The notes beneath the pieces were generated by a model. The model did not search any database. It was not told the origin of the DNA and was given only the letters and a program-made list of their open reading frames with translations. Below are positions 1 to 9,800 of a stretch of 64,000 nt of DNA, in pieces (position 1 is the stretch's first letter; the number at the start of each line of letters is the position of its first letter). The stretch comes from a virus (Duplodnaviria; Caudoviricetes). Made by a program: the position numbers and the translations under genes. The stretch spans positions 451-64,450 of the IMG/VR virus record IMGVR_UViG_3300028595_000011; one strand, written 5' to 3'.

Positions 1-2
1 TC

Positions 3-935
3 GGAAATGATTTTGAGGTAAACAGCGGGGCGTTTAAGGATTCAGTCATCGGGGACATGCTCAAGTATGAGTCCAGCGGAACACCGCGCACCATTGTTGG
101 AAACACTGGAGCCTGGGTAGAGCTTGCCTCAAATGGACTCGTAAACATAGCCAGCGCCGACATTCTGCTTGCTATCGACAAATACTTACAGGCGTTCAGC
201 GGTTCTACCAAAAACCTGATTGGTCTTTCGGCCAGCGGTGTTGAGGTTGGGAATTCAGGAGAAACACTTCTGCTCAAGTCCACGGACTATGCCACCTTCG
301 ATTCATGTGAACCGCTGCTACAGAATGCTAAATATCTTAAGGGGATCAACACATCAGCCGCCATCAAAGATCTTCTTGGGATCAACGGATCTGATGAGGT
401 CATTCTTGGTGACACCGATCAGTCTATGCAAATTAAGGCGTATACTGATTCTGGGATGTATGTCTACGGAGACAGCTTTCACCGATTTGAGCGTGAAATG
501 CAAACTGGTGGGACGATTACTTCTACCCAAGCGTCCATGGTCTTGGCCATGGCTTCTGATGGTTCAACGTCTATAGGCAATGATGGTGGCCCCGACTTTC
601 TGTTTGAGTGTGAGAACGCTTCCGGTACAGCCAAGTATCTTGCTCGCATTGCTGCCCTGTGGGAAAACTCAGCCGCCGGGTCAGAAGCGGGTTACTTGAA
701 GTTCATGATCAGGGGCGGCTCAAGTGTTGCCTTTGCCACGACTTTTGGGATGAAGATCATTCCTGGTGTGCATGTTGTTCAGGCTTGTGATAGCTCGGCC
801 CCGGCAGATGCGGACATGGAAAACGAATCCTACTGCTTCTACTATGACGGCAGCGCAGGGACTAAGTATTTGAAGGTGAAACACAAAGACAGTGGTGGTA
901 CAGTACGTACTGGCACTGTTGCAACAGTAGCATAA
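3..935 (+). CDS. Tail fibre, C-terminal part (5'-truncated by window edge)
   Basis: Frame is open from nt 3 (GNDFEVNSG...), so the track start at 57 is internal. G/S/T-rich beta-type sequence. C-terminal domain is shared with 58770..59678. Confidence 0.7.
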   Translation, partial: GNDFEVNSGAFKDSVIGDMLKYESSGTPRTIVGNTGAWVELASNGLVNIASADILLAIDKYLQAFSGSTKNLIGLSASGVEVGNSGETLLLKSTDYATFDSCEPLLQNAKYLKGINTSAAIKDLLGINGSDEVILGDTDQSMQIKAYTDSGMYVYGDSFHRFEREMQTGGTITSTQASMVLAMASDGSTSIGNDGGPDFLFECENASGTAKYLARIAALWENSAAGSEAGYLKFMIRGGSSVAFATTFGMKIIPGVHVVQACDSSAPADADMENESYCFYYDGSAGTKYLKVKHKDSGGTVRTGTVATVA

Positions 936-950
936 ACAAAGGGGGAGAAA

Positions 951-1142
951 ATGAAAGTAGAAAATATCGCTGAGTATTTGCAGGAGCGAATGAATATACA
1001 CGTTGCCAACATTCAGGACAAGATTCAAGCCGTTGAAAACATGAAGGTTGCCATTATCGCAGAGCGCGGCAAGGTAGAGGAGATTAAGTATCTCCTCAGC
1101 GAGCTTCATGCCGCCGAAAGTGAGAAGCCCAATGAAGGTTGA
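951..1142 (+). CDS. Small coiled-coil protein (possible fibre chaperone)
   Basis: GGGGAG RBS, helical 63 aa, directly after fibre gene. Confidence 0.55.
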   Translation: MKVENIAEYLQERMNIHVANIQDKIQAVENMKVAIIAERGKVEEIKYLLSELHAAESEKPNEG

Positions 1143-1602
1143 GCTTGTTAATTTTGCCGCAAGGAACTGTCACGAGTACGGGCCAGCGCTATTGTATAGG
1201 GCCGTTAAGTTTAGTCGTGACAATGACTTAGACTCAGACCCGGAGACCCTGTATCAGACCATGGCGTATGAAATGATGCGGGAAAATCCAGACATGATTG
1301 TGCTCGCGGCGATAGAAAGAAAGAAGGTTGTTGGGCATCTTCTCGCAAGGGTAGTCAATATTGATGGAACCATTATGATTCTTGTGACCCAACTTGAGAT
1401 TGACAAGAAGTATCGAGATGGCAGGCAGGACACGATCCTTAATGGGTTTGACATCATCAAACAATTTGCCGCCAGCAAGGAAACAAATAAGATCCGCTGC
1501 TGGGCAATGAATGAAAATGTTGCTAAGATATTTGAAAGGCTTGGGTTTAAGCCTAAATCACACATCCTGATGGATGCAGTAATGGAGGAAGAAGATGGCT
1601 AG
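1132..1602 (+). CDS. GNAT-fold acetyltransferase-like protein of the podovirus virion module
   Basis: VVGHLLA...QLEID...IRCWAMNENVAKIFERLGFK GNAT pattern; lies before ejection proteins. Confidence 0.65.
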   Translation: MKVELVNFAARNCHEYGPALLYRAVKFSRDNDLDSDPETLYQTMAYEMMRENPDMIVLAAIERKKVVGHLLARVVNIDGTIMILVTQLEIDKKYRDGRQDTILNGFDIIKQFAASKETNKIRCWAMNENVAKIFERLGFKPKSHILMDAVMEEEDG

Positions 1603-2428
1603 AAAAATCGCAGTGACATGGACGAACTCCAAGACATCTGCGGTGGTTGCTCTCAATGGCGAAGACATTGTCGCGTTCTGGGATCGAGATGACAAGCTCT
1701 CGGGCGGATCGCTAACTGTCAAGACATCCGACGAGAGTGCTGGCACGTATCTCAGCGACCCTGTTGTTGATTCTGCCGACGCCACCACAGCACTAACAAT
1801 TGACCTCGACGCTGGGAGCCACAACTTTGTGCAGGTTGCGCCAACGAAGTTCTCTGGCATTCTGCGCTATGCGTGGTTTGTTTCAGACAAGGTGGAGGGC
1901 GTTAGCTCATACACAACGCAGGCGTCAACTTTCTGCAAGGGTGATGATGGTGGGTCTTTTGCTGACCTTGCGACCATCAGCGGTGAGGCTGGGTATACTT
2001 CCAACTGGCAGATTTTCCCTGATGCTCCTGCAGATGATGATGCTGTGTACTTCGGCGCTGCTGATGTGTTCGATGCTATCAGTTGTCCATTTAGCGCCAC
2101 GCTCCAGACCTATGATGCTGCCGGCGTCCTTGGTTGGGAGTACTACGACGGGGACTCCTGGGAAGCTCTGACGATTGTGCAGGATAATTCTGGGTCTACA
2201 GCCACTGATGGCACCTATTTTGGTGAGCAGGCTGGCACGCTACACTTCACTCAGCCGAGTGACTGGGCTGCGAGCACTGTTGATTCTCAGGAAGCATATT
2301 GGATTCGGGCCGTTGTCCAGACTGGCAAGGCAGCTAACATGACTCAGGTTGGACTTCTGACCGATGAGCACGCCGTGGCAACCTCAGAGGCTGAGACGGC
2401 ATACGTGGTCGTTAGGGACCTGAAGTAA
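1595..2428 (+). CDS. Virion structural/appendage protein
   Basis: GGAGG RBS; carries the VYFG..WEYY..ATDGTY..YWIRA domain also found in 56300..57442. Confidence 0.65.
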   Translation: MARKIAVTWTNSKTSAVVALNGEDIVAFWDRDDKLSGGSLTVKTSDESAGTYLSDPVVDSADATTALTIDLDAGSHNFVQVAPTKFSGILRYAWFVSDKVEGVSSYTTQASTFCKGDDGGSFADLATISGEAGYTSNWQIFPDAPADDDAVYFGAADVFDAISCPFSATLQTYDAAGVLGWEYYDGDSWEALTIVQDNSGSTATDGTYFGEQAGTLHFTQPSDWAASTVDSQEAYWIRAVVQTGKAANMTQVGLLTDEHAVATSEAETAYVVVRDLK

Positions 2429-3504
2429 TGGGCAACAAGAACCTTCTTCGCTGGATGGGCGTTGCCGCCGGGATACAGAATCCTGTTGGCGGTGGTGCTG
2501 CCTCCACCTACACGGTTTCCGGCACCGTCACGGGAGATGTGGTCGAGGATGTAACCGTCACTCTCAGCGGGGATGCTGACGATTCCACAATGACAGCGGG
2601 TGACGGTACGTACTCTTTCACCGGGGTTGCCGATGGCTCCTACACCGTGACGCCAACGAAGACCGACTGCTCGTTTACGCCAACCTCCAGCGCGGTCAAT
2701 GTAAGCGGAGCAGACAGCACGGGCAACGATTTCACGTCTACCAGCATCTTTGCCATCCTCCCGCTGCTTCACAGGGTCTCAACCACACAGACGGTCGGGG
2801 AACCGCTCACGTCGCCGTGGTTCGGCCAAACGTCAGTGGACGGGTACAGCGGCGACCTAGAATACGCGCCAGCCGTTGTGAACGGAACCACCCTCGTTGT
2901 TCAGAACCCCGGAGTCACTATCCGCTGTGGGAACGATGCCAACGATGGAACCAGAGTCTTTCTGGACATCGGCGGCTACCTCCCGCGCGAAGGCTTCCGG
3001 ATGCAGGTGAGGGCGGCTTACATCGACAACAATGCCGAGGACAATCTGCGGTGGGGGCTTTGCGAGGAGCCGTTTACGAATGATTCTCTGGCCAGCTACC
3101 CGAATCTGATCTACTGTCACTCAAGTAAGGTCAATCACAAGATCAGCGTGTATTTCCTGGGAGATGAGGTCAACGATCCGCTGGGTTGGGATTCCGCGAA
3201 TACCGACAATACGGTCGGTGCTAAGTTTGGCGCTTCGTGGCACATCTGGAATTGGGAGTACGACTTCTCGGACAAGGTCAAGTGCGAGCTATACCGGAGA
3301 CAGGATTCCGGCATCTGCCACTCAGGGACTATCGGCACCGGTTACGACATCTCCGGGCTGTCGTTCAATGGTGGCTCGCAGAACCTTCGATATTTCTGGT
3401 TTATGAACAGCAGGGCCTTCAACGTCTACTGCAAGCGTACCGAAATTCAACTGGTCTGGTTTGGGTCGCTGACGGATTCGTTCCCGGCCTACAATGCGTA
3501 CTAA
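2428..3504 (+). CDS. Virion appendage protein with Ig-like (carboxypeptidase-regulatory-like) domain and beta-rich C-terminus
   Basis: YTVSGTVTG..VTVTLSG..DGTYSFTGVADGSYTVTPTK motif. Confidence 0.65.
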   Translation: MGNKNLLRWMGVAAGIQNPVGGGAASTYTVSGTVTGDVVEDVTVTLSGDADDSTMTAGDGTYSFTGVADGSYTVTPTKTDCSFTPTSSAVNVSGADSTGNDFTSTSIFAILPLLHRVSTTQTVGEPLTSPWFGQTSVDGYSGDLEYAPAVVNGTTLVVQNPGVTIRCGNDANDGTRVFLDIGGYLPREGFRMQVRAAYIDNNAEDNLRWGLCEEPFTNDSLASYPNLIYCHSSKVNHKISVYFLGDEVNDPLGWDSANTDNTVGAKFGASWHIWNWEYDFSDKVKCELYRRQDSGICHSGTIGTGYDISGLSFNGGSQNLRYFWFMNSRAFNVYCKRTEIQLVWFGSLTDSFPAYNAY

Positions 3505-3517
3505 AAAGGAGAAAGAC

Positions 3518-3637
3518 ATGAAGAATGCACTGTACAAAATTCGTTGGTATTTCAAGAACCTTGCGACCGGAATCATGTACGGCTTTGCTGGTATTGAGGT
3601 CGTTCGCAACTACATGAACGGCAAGTATGACGACTAG
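3518..3637 (+). CDS. Small protein, 39 aa (MKNALYKIRWYF...), not in ORF track
   Basis: AAAGGAG RBS upstream; fills the intergenic gap. Confidence 0.55.
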   Translation: MKNALYKIRWYFKNLATGIMYGFAGIEVVRNYMNGKYDD

Positions 3638-3680
3638 AAGTTCTTTGTTGTCTGTGGTTTAATATTAACAGGAGGCAATT

Positions 3681-4733
3681 ATGGCCGGTGGCGGATCACA
3701 AACGAGTACAAGCAATCCTCAGCTACCACCAGAGTTGAGGCGAGTATTTGGTTCAACGGCTGACGAGGTTCAGGGCGTCTTTGACAACTACAACTTGACT
3801 GACGCCTTTGGCATTGGTCCTCGTCAGGTTGCTGGCGCTGACCCTCTTGAGAGCGCAGCCTATGACCAGGTTGGGCAATTCTTTGAGCCAACCCAGTCTG
3901 CTCAGGCGGCATTCCAGGGGGCGGCTGCATTGGCACAGCCTTCTCAGTATCGGGGCGTCGATCTTTCTGGCATTGGAAGCTCGGCTGATTATGGCGTTGG
4001 TGGCGGATCTGCTGGTGGCCCCGGTGGAGCTATGCCACGAGAGGCGCAGGCTTCTAATCAGGACAGGATTGACAGCGCGATTGAGAACATTGACTTTGCT
4101 AATCACCCCGCCCTTCGCTCAGCCATGGCAACGTTTGAGCAGGCTGCTCTGCCTGGGATTGCGAACCAAATGGGCGCTGCTGGGTTGTCGAGATCCGGCG
4201 CTGCAGGTTCTGCGATCACCCAAGGCAAGGCGCAGATGGCCATGCCGATCATGCAGCAGCTTATCAGTAGCTCCGTGCAGGAAAGGCAACAGGACATCGG
4301 GCAGCGTGAGCAAGATCAACAGTTTGATCTCGGGCAGCGTGGTCAGGATGTGACACAGCGTGGCCAAGATCTCAATCAACTTCTTCAAAACGCAGGACTT
4401 GGGCTTCAGGCTAGAGGGCAGGATATCAATGCTCTCTTGCAGCAGGGTTCGCAGGGGCTGCAGGCCAGAGGTCAAGACATTAACTCTCTCATTGCTGGCA
4501 CGCAGTCATTCAACCAGCGTGACGCGCAGGATCTCGCCAGGCTGCAGGGTGGCATGGGTGCCGCCGCACAGATGGGTGGTTTGATGAGAGGCATTGAGCA
4601 GGAGGGCTTGAATGCGCTTTACGACGCTGCCATTCGTGACTCAGATCTTCTTGCTCAGATTGGACTTGCGCCGCTTGGAGGTCTTACATCTCAAATCGGG
4701 ACGCGGACTACCACAAGCGGAGGAGGTAAATAA
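3681..4733 (+). CDS. DNA ejection/internal virion protein
   Basis: MAGGGSQTSTS start, G/Q/A-rich, QRGQD repeats, TTTSGGGK end. Confidence 0.7.
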   Translation: MAGGGSQTSTSNPQLPPELRRVFGSTADEVQGVFDNYNLTDAFGIGPRQVAGADPLESAAYDQVGQFFEPTQSAQAAFQGAAALAQPSQYRGVDLSGIGSSADYGVGGGSAGGPGGAMPREAQASNQDRIDSAIENIDFANHPALRSAMATFEQAALPGIANQMGAAGLSRSGAAGSAITQGKAQMAMPIMQQLISSSVQERQQDIGQREQDQQFDLGQRGQDVTQRGQDLNQLLQNAGLGLQARGQDINALLQQGSQGLQARGQDINSLIAGTQSFNQRDAQDLARLQGGMGAAAQMGGLMRGIEQEGLNALYDAAIRDSDLLAQIGLAPLGGLTSQIGTRTTTSGGGK

Positions 4734-4786
4734 TGGCTGGTCTGAGGAAGAGAAAGTGCAAAAAGAAAAAGGGCAAAAAGAAGTAG
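4733..4786 (+). CDS. Basic micro-peptide MAGLRKRKCKKKKGKKK
   Basis: GGAGGAGG RBS, TAATG stop/start coupling, 11 of 17 residues K/R. Confidence 0.5.
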   Translation: MAGLRKRKCKKKKGKKK

Positions 4787-4815
4787 CTCAATGAACACAA
4801 GCGATGAGGTGACTC

Positions 4816-5559
4816 ATGGTCAGGTTCTTCGACCCAAAGAAAACAAAAGAGGAATCCGAGAGGGCGCTCCAAAAGAAGGGGGGCGGCTTCGGCATTATGG
4901 ATTTAGCAGAAATAGCTGCACCTATTGCCGGAATGGCTTTCGGCGGTCCTCTTGGCGCAATGGCAGCAGGAGCTGCGGTTACTGCCATCAAGGGTGGAGT
5001 CGAGGGCAAAGGCGTTGGTGACATCTTTAAAGACGTTGCCATTGGTGGCGGCATTGATGCGCTAACAATGGGCGCTGGTGGCGGCTTCAAGGGTGCTGGT
5101 AAGGCTGCTGCCAAGGGTGTAACCAAAGAGGTTGCAACAAAAACGCTAGGCAAGGGCATGGTTGAGCAGGCTGTTGACCAGGGCGCTAAGAATGCGCTTG
5201 GTCTTGGTCTTGGGCAGGCTACTAACAGGGGGCTTGCTGGGCTGAAAGGTGGGATAGGTGCTGGACTCGACATGGGTGTCAGTGGTGGAGCACCAATCAC
5301 GGAAGCAGTTACCACCAGCCTCAAGAGTGCTGCTGCACCAGTTACCCAAACCGCAAAACAAAGGTTCCTTGATGAAGCAGGAAACCTTGCAACCATGGGC
5401 CTTAACACATATAGTCAGGTACAGGCTGAGAGCGAACAGAAGCGCAGGTTCGCAGAAGCGCAGAGCATGCAATTCATGCAGAACTTGCAGAACGCTTCAA
5501 TGGGAGGTGGCTTCACCCCACCCAGTTCCAGGTTCTATCAGCCATACGGAGGGGTGTAA
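4816..5559 (+). CDS. Internal virion/ejection protein with glycine-zipper hydrophobic segment
   Basis: IAAPIAGMAFGGPLGAMAAGAA; G/A-rich; operon context. Confidence 0.65.
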   Translation: MVRFFDPKKTKEESERALQKKGGGFGIMDLAEIAAPIAGMAFGGPLGAMAAGAAVTAIKGGVEGKGVGDIFKDVAIGGGIDALTMGAGGGFKGAGKAAAKGVTKEVATKTLGKGMVEQAVDQGAKNALGLGLGQATNRGLAGLKGGIGAGLDMGVSGGAPITEAVTTSLKSAAAPVTQTAKQRFLDEAGNLATMGLNTYSQVQAESEQKRRFAEAQSMQFMQNLQNASMGGGFTPPSSRFYQPYGGV

Positions 5560-6845
5560 TGGCGCAGAAGAAGAAAAAGAAGAAGAACTTCAAGGGTGTC
5601 ACAGGGATCAAGTTTAATGACCTGATCCTTCCGCTCGTTCTCGGCGGCGTTGGATCTTACAGCAACGCTGCTGGGCGTGGTGTGAACCTTGGGCTTCAAG
5701 CGTTTCGGACTCTGCAGGCCGGAAGAGAGTTTCAAGCAGAGCGTGATCTGGGCGTGGAACAGTCGGAGAACCTCAGCGGATACGCTGACTCCCTACGCCA
5801 GCAAGCGGAAGCACTAAACATTCCAGAAGAGGAGTTCACCCAAGTTCTGCAGGAAGAGGCAACCAAAGAGCGGGTGCTTCCGACTGAAGGGCAGGCTCCC
5901 GAAACAGTGCAGGTTGACTTGGAAGCCCTTTACGGGAAGGGCGATAACATGGCCGCACAACCAGGTGCCACATTTGCCGAGCAATTCGGACTTGTGGAGC
6001 CGACCGTAGCTGGAGCGGAAGAACAGCAGTTGGAACAGCAGGCTGCCGTCGTTGAGCAAGAGGGTGCGGCTCAAGGCGAAGACTATGCTGGTGCTATACT
6101 CGGCGCAAAAAAGTTGAGGGATCAACAGGCGAAAGACCTCGGTATTCTTCAGGACCGGATCACATTCTATGACCAAATGGCTGGGCTATCTAAAGTTAAC
6201 CCTTCATCCGCCGGCTATCTCATTGGCCAGGAGATGCTGGGAAGAGCAAGAAGCCAGCAGAGCTTAGATCAGATTGCTGCCACCGGCATAATGTATGCAG
6301 AAAACAATGCCGACAAATCAAGGCGAGAGGCGCTGGCTCAGGCCGCGAAGCATGGACACGTCATGGCTGAAATTAGACTCCGTGCTGAGCTTGAACCAGA
6401 ATTCACCCCATTCCAGGGACCGTTTGGCCTCATCAATGTCTGGAAGAAGGGGCCGCTCGCTGGCAAGATGACGGATGCGGACAACAACATTGTTACGCAA
6501 CAGCAAATACAGGCTGCAATCAATAACAGCAACAATCCACAGATTAGAGACGACTGGAGGAATGGATACTTTGCCTCATGGCAAGATTATGTGGATGGTC
6601 AAAAGATGCTTGCGGATGGTCAGATCGGTCAAGAAGAAGTAAACAGTGCCAAGGCTATTTGGATGAGCTACTGGAACGGCATGCCCCCTTGGATGAAACA
6701 GAAAATGGCAATGCTATATGAGAGCGGGAAGACTCCAGTGCCGCCACCAGGGTATGAAGGGGACAAGAAGCCAGAGCAGCCGAATCCCCTTGATATCGCA
6801 GCCAACAATTATGGAGTAGATCCTTCACCGTACATTGTACAATAA
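5559..6845 (+). CDS. Internal virion/ejection protein
   Basis: Q/E/A-rich helical protein, poly-K N-terminus, context. Confidence 0.6.
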   Translation: MAQKKKKKKNFKGVTGIKFNDLILPLVLGGVGSYSNAAGRGVNLGLQAFRTLQAGREFQAERDLGVEQSENLSGYADSLRQQAEALNIPEEEFTQVLQEEATKERVLPTEGQAPETVQVDLEALYGKGDNMAAQPGATFAEQFGLVEPTVAGAEEQQLEQQAAVVEQEGAAQGEDYAGAILGAKKLRDQQAKDLGILQDRITFYDQMAGLSKVNPSSAGYLIGQEMLGRARSQQSLDQIAATGIMYAENNADKSRREALAQAAKHGHVMAEIRLRAELEPEFTPFQGPFGLINVWKKGPLAGKMTDADNNIVTQQQIQAAINNSNNPQIRDDWRNGYFASWQDYVDGQKMLADGQIGQEEVNSAKAIWMSYWNGMPPWMKQKMAMLYESGKTPVPPPGYEGDKKPEQPNPLDIAANNYGVDPSPYIVQ

Positions 6846-6860
6846 GCGCCGAGGTGAGCT

Positions 6861-9800
6861 ATGACAACCCATGATGCCCTCTTCATGTTCAAGGACAAGA
6901 AGTGGAAAGAAAACACACCGCTTCAGCTTCAGTATGCAGCATTTGCGACAGCCCTCAAGAACGATCCGGGCTGGAAGAAGATGCCGCCAGAAGTAAAGGC
7001 CAAGGTTTATAAGCAGAACTTTGGGTTTGAGAGTCCATTTGAACTGATCAACAATCCCGAATTCGAGTTTGATTCCTTTGATGTGGAACAGCGTGAGCGG
7101 ATCTTTGATGCTGTCACAATCAACGATGACAATTGGCACAACCTTGGCGACGAAGAGAAGCGTTTAATCAAGGGCAAGAAGATCCCCGAGGTTGGGCAGA
7201 GATTCCTTGAGGCTGAAGCTGCTGGTGTACAGGAGCCGGTCGAGCTACCGAAGGATGAGCAAGGAAGGATCGAGGTTCAGCCGAATGTACCGCATCGTCC
7301 ACAGATAGATGGACAGTATGTTGTGCCTCCGCTGCAAAGGCCCGACGACTATAGCGACCAGCCCATCAAGGCCTCTCCTCCAGAGGGTGAGGGGATGTAC
7401 TTCCCCGAGGTCAGCAACCAGTTGCCGCCCGAGGTTGTCGAAGATATTGTCAACGCGCCTGAGTCAGTCCGACCGTATCTTGAGAGCGAGTTCGGGGACA
7501 AGCCATTTGTTTCGCAGAGAGAATATGACCAGAGTCTTAGGGCCATGGCAATGGAGCAGCCGGACGCCCCGCTCCCGCACGGCAACATCAACATCGGATC
7601 ACCCAAAGATCCGGTCATTCTTTCTGGATCTCGCATTGAAGTCGGCACCCAGAGGGGCGTCATTGAGATCACCCCCGAAGAGGGGGAGAGGATGTTCAAT
7701 CGTGGTGTCATTAGGCACCATGTCGAAACACCGAACGGTGTTGTCATGCTTCGTGACCCCTCAAAGCTGTCAGAAGAGGAGCTTGCCAAGGCCAGAGAGC
7801 TTGACTATGTGCGCCCTGAGTTGATGAAGAATCCCGCCGTGGCCGCATACATGAAGTTCAATCAGGGTGCTGGCATTGATGATGTGCTCAACTGGGCTGC
7901 AAGCAAGGGCGAGCAAGTCATTGATAACAAGACACTTGCTGGACTTGCTGAGTTTGGTATCACGAGCCAAGAGCAGGCCATCAAGATGTTGGCAAAGAAG
8001 GGGCATCGGGAAGCGATGATGGATCAGATCACTGGCGCTCCTCTTAGTCCAGAGTTCCATGGTCTGAGCAGGGCGAGCCAGGTCAAGTTCATCATGGATC
8101 GCGTCCCGCTTGAGAGCGAAGAAGACAAGCGAGAGTTCACCAAGAAATTCATGGAACAGTTCGTTGATCCAGTCAAGAAAGACTTTGACTCTTTGCCGGA
8201 CCACCTGCGACCTGAGTATCCCAAAGATCCGATGGAGCGCGGCGTTGAGTTGCGAAAACACCCGTACTGGAACTCACTGAAGGCTGGAACTGGCGACTTG
8301 CTGATGGCTGTTGGTGGGGCGATGTGGCTCACTGGTGACGCCATGGTTCAGGGCGGCAAAGAAGAGGGCATGGAGCTTATCGAGAAGGGTAAGGAGATCT
8401 CAGATAAGTACACAGATACAGAGGTCGAAGCCGACCTTGGGCAGCAATTGCTTAGAACTGCTCCTGTCAGTGTGCCGCTTATGGTTCCTGCCGCTGTTGT
8501 TAGTGCCGCAACTGGCGGCGCTCTTCTTCCTGTTGCCATTGCTGCTGCCGGTAGTGGTATTGCAGAATCATTCATGGAGGGCGGAAGCACCGCAGCAGAG
8601 TCACTGCTGGCTGGCGATCAAGAGGCTGTGGCGAGGTCAAAGGGAATCAGGGTAACAAGGGATAATCTAATCTACCAGGCTGGCATGAGTATTCCAGAGG
8701 CATATGCTGCCTTTGTGCCTACCGCAAAACTCACAGAAGCAGCAGCCAAACTGCCAGGACTTAGAAATATAAAGATGACTCCCAAGATGACAGAGGCCTG
8801 GAATACAATGGGAAGGGTCGGGGTCACAAAAGCACTTGATACTGCTGGCCGTATTGCGTTAGACACCACTTCCGAATACGCTGAGGAGTGGTTACAAACA
8901 TTCTTCCAGCAGGCTGCAGATCAGGACAAGGACACCTTTTCCTGGGACAGTATTGCTAACGCAACCAACGCAGAGATGGAGGAACGACACGGTGCTGGCG
9001 TCGTTGGCGCTCACTTTGGTGGAGGCATGGCGGTTGCTGGCCAGCCGGTTCAGGCTGTGGCAACTTATTTTTCCAAAGAGGGAACAGCCAATCGCATTCA
9101 AAAGAAACTATTTGAGTCTGAGGTCAATCGTCTGGCAGAGAAGTTTGACGCTAAGCCTTCAGAGATTCGAGCGGACATTGAGGCAGCATACAGAACAGAA
9201 GGCTTAATGGATGAGGCTAATACAGAGGTTGAGGTTCTGTCTAAAGAGCTAAACATTGAGGAAGACGAGGTCAGAGCCGATCTTGATGGCGCTCGCTCTG
9301 CTGCCTGGGGTTCTCACGAACAAGAAGATGTGACGATGCTATCTCAGATGTTCGGGGTTCCAGAGTATTTTGTTCGTCAGAACTGGGATGAGGTTAACGC
9401 AGCGGCAGGTCGTGGCGCACTGGATGAAGATACAAAAACGCCAGCGTCTCCAGAGGAAGCTGCGCTGGAGCCTGGAACAACCTCGGTTCCAGCTGGAGTT
9501 TCGGCAGAAGTGGCCACTTCATTTGATGGCATTCCAGACGCTCATAAGGGACTTATTGTTGACAGGGCTACTCAGGTGGCTAACATGCGGATTAAGGCGA
9601 AGATGGATCAGTATGGTCTTGATGAGAAGACGGCTGATCAGTTCCCCGAGAATGAGCGTGAGCAGATTGTTAAGGATTCGTTTGAGCAAGTCTGGAGAAT
9701 CTACGCAGACAGTGAACCTGGCAGAGCCGCTCTTGGCAAGGGTGAGTCTCAGAAGCCCACAAAACCGCCCACAAAGGCCGAGGAGCCAAAGGCTACCCCC

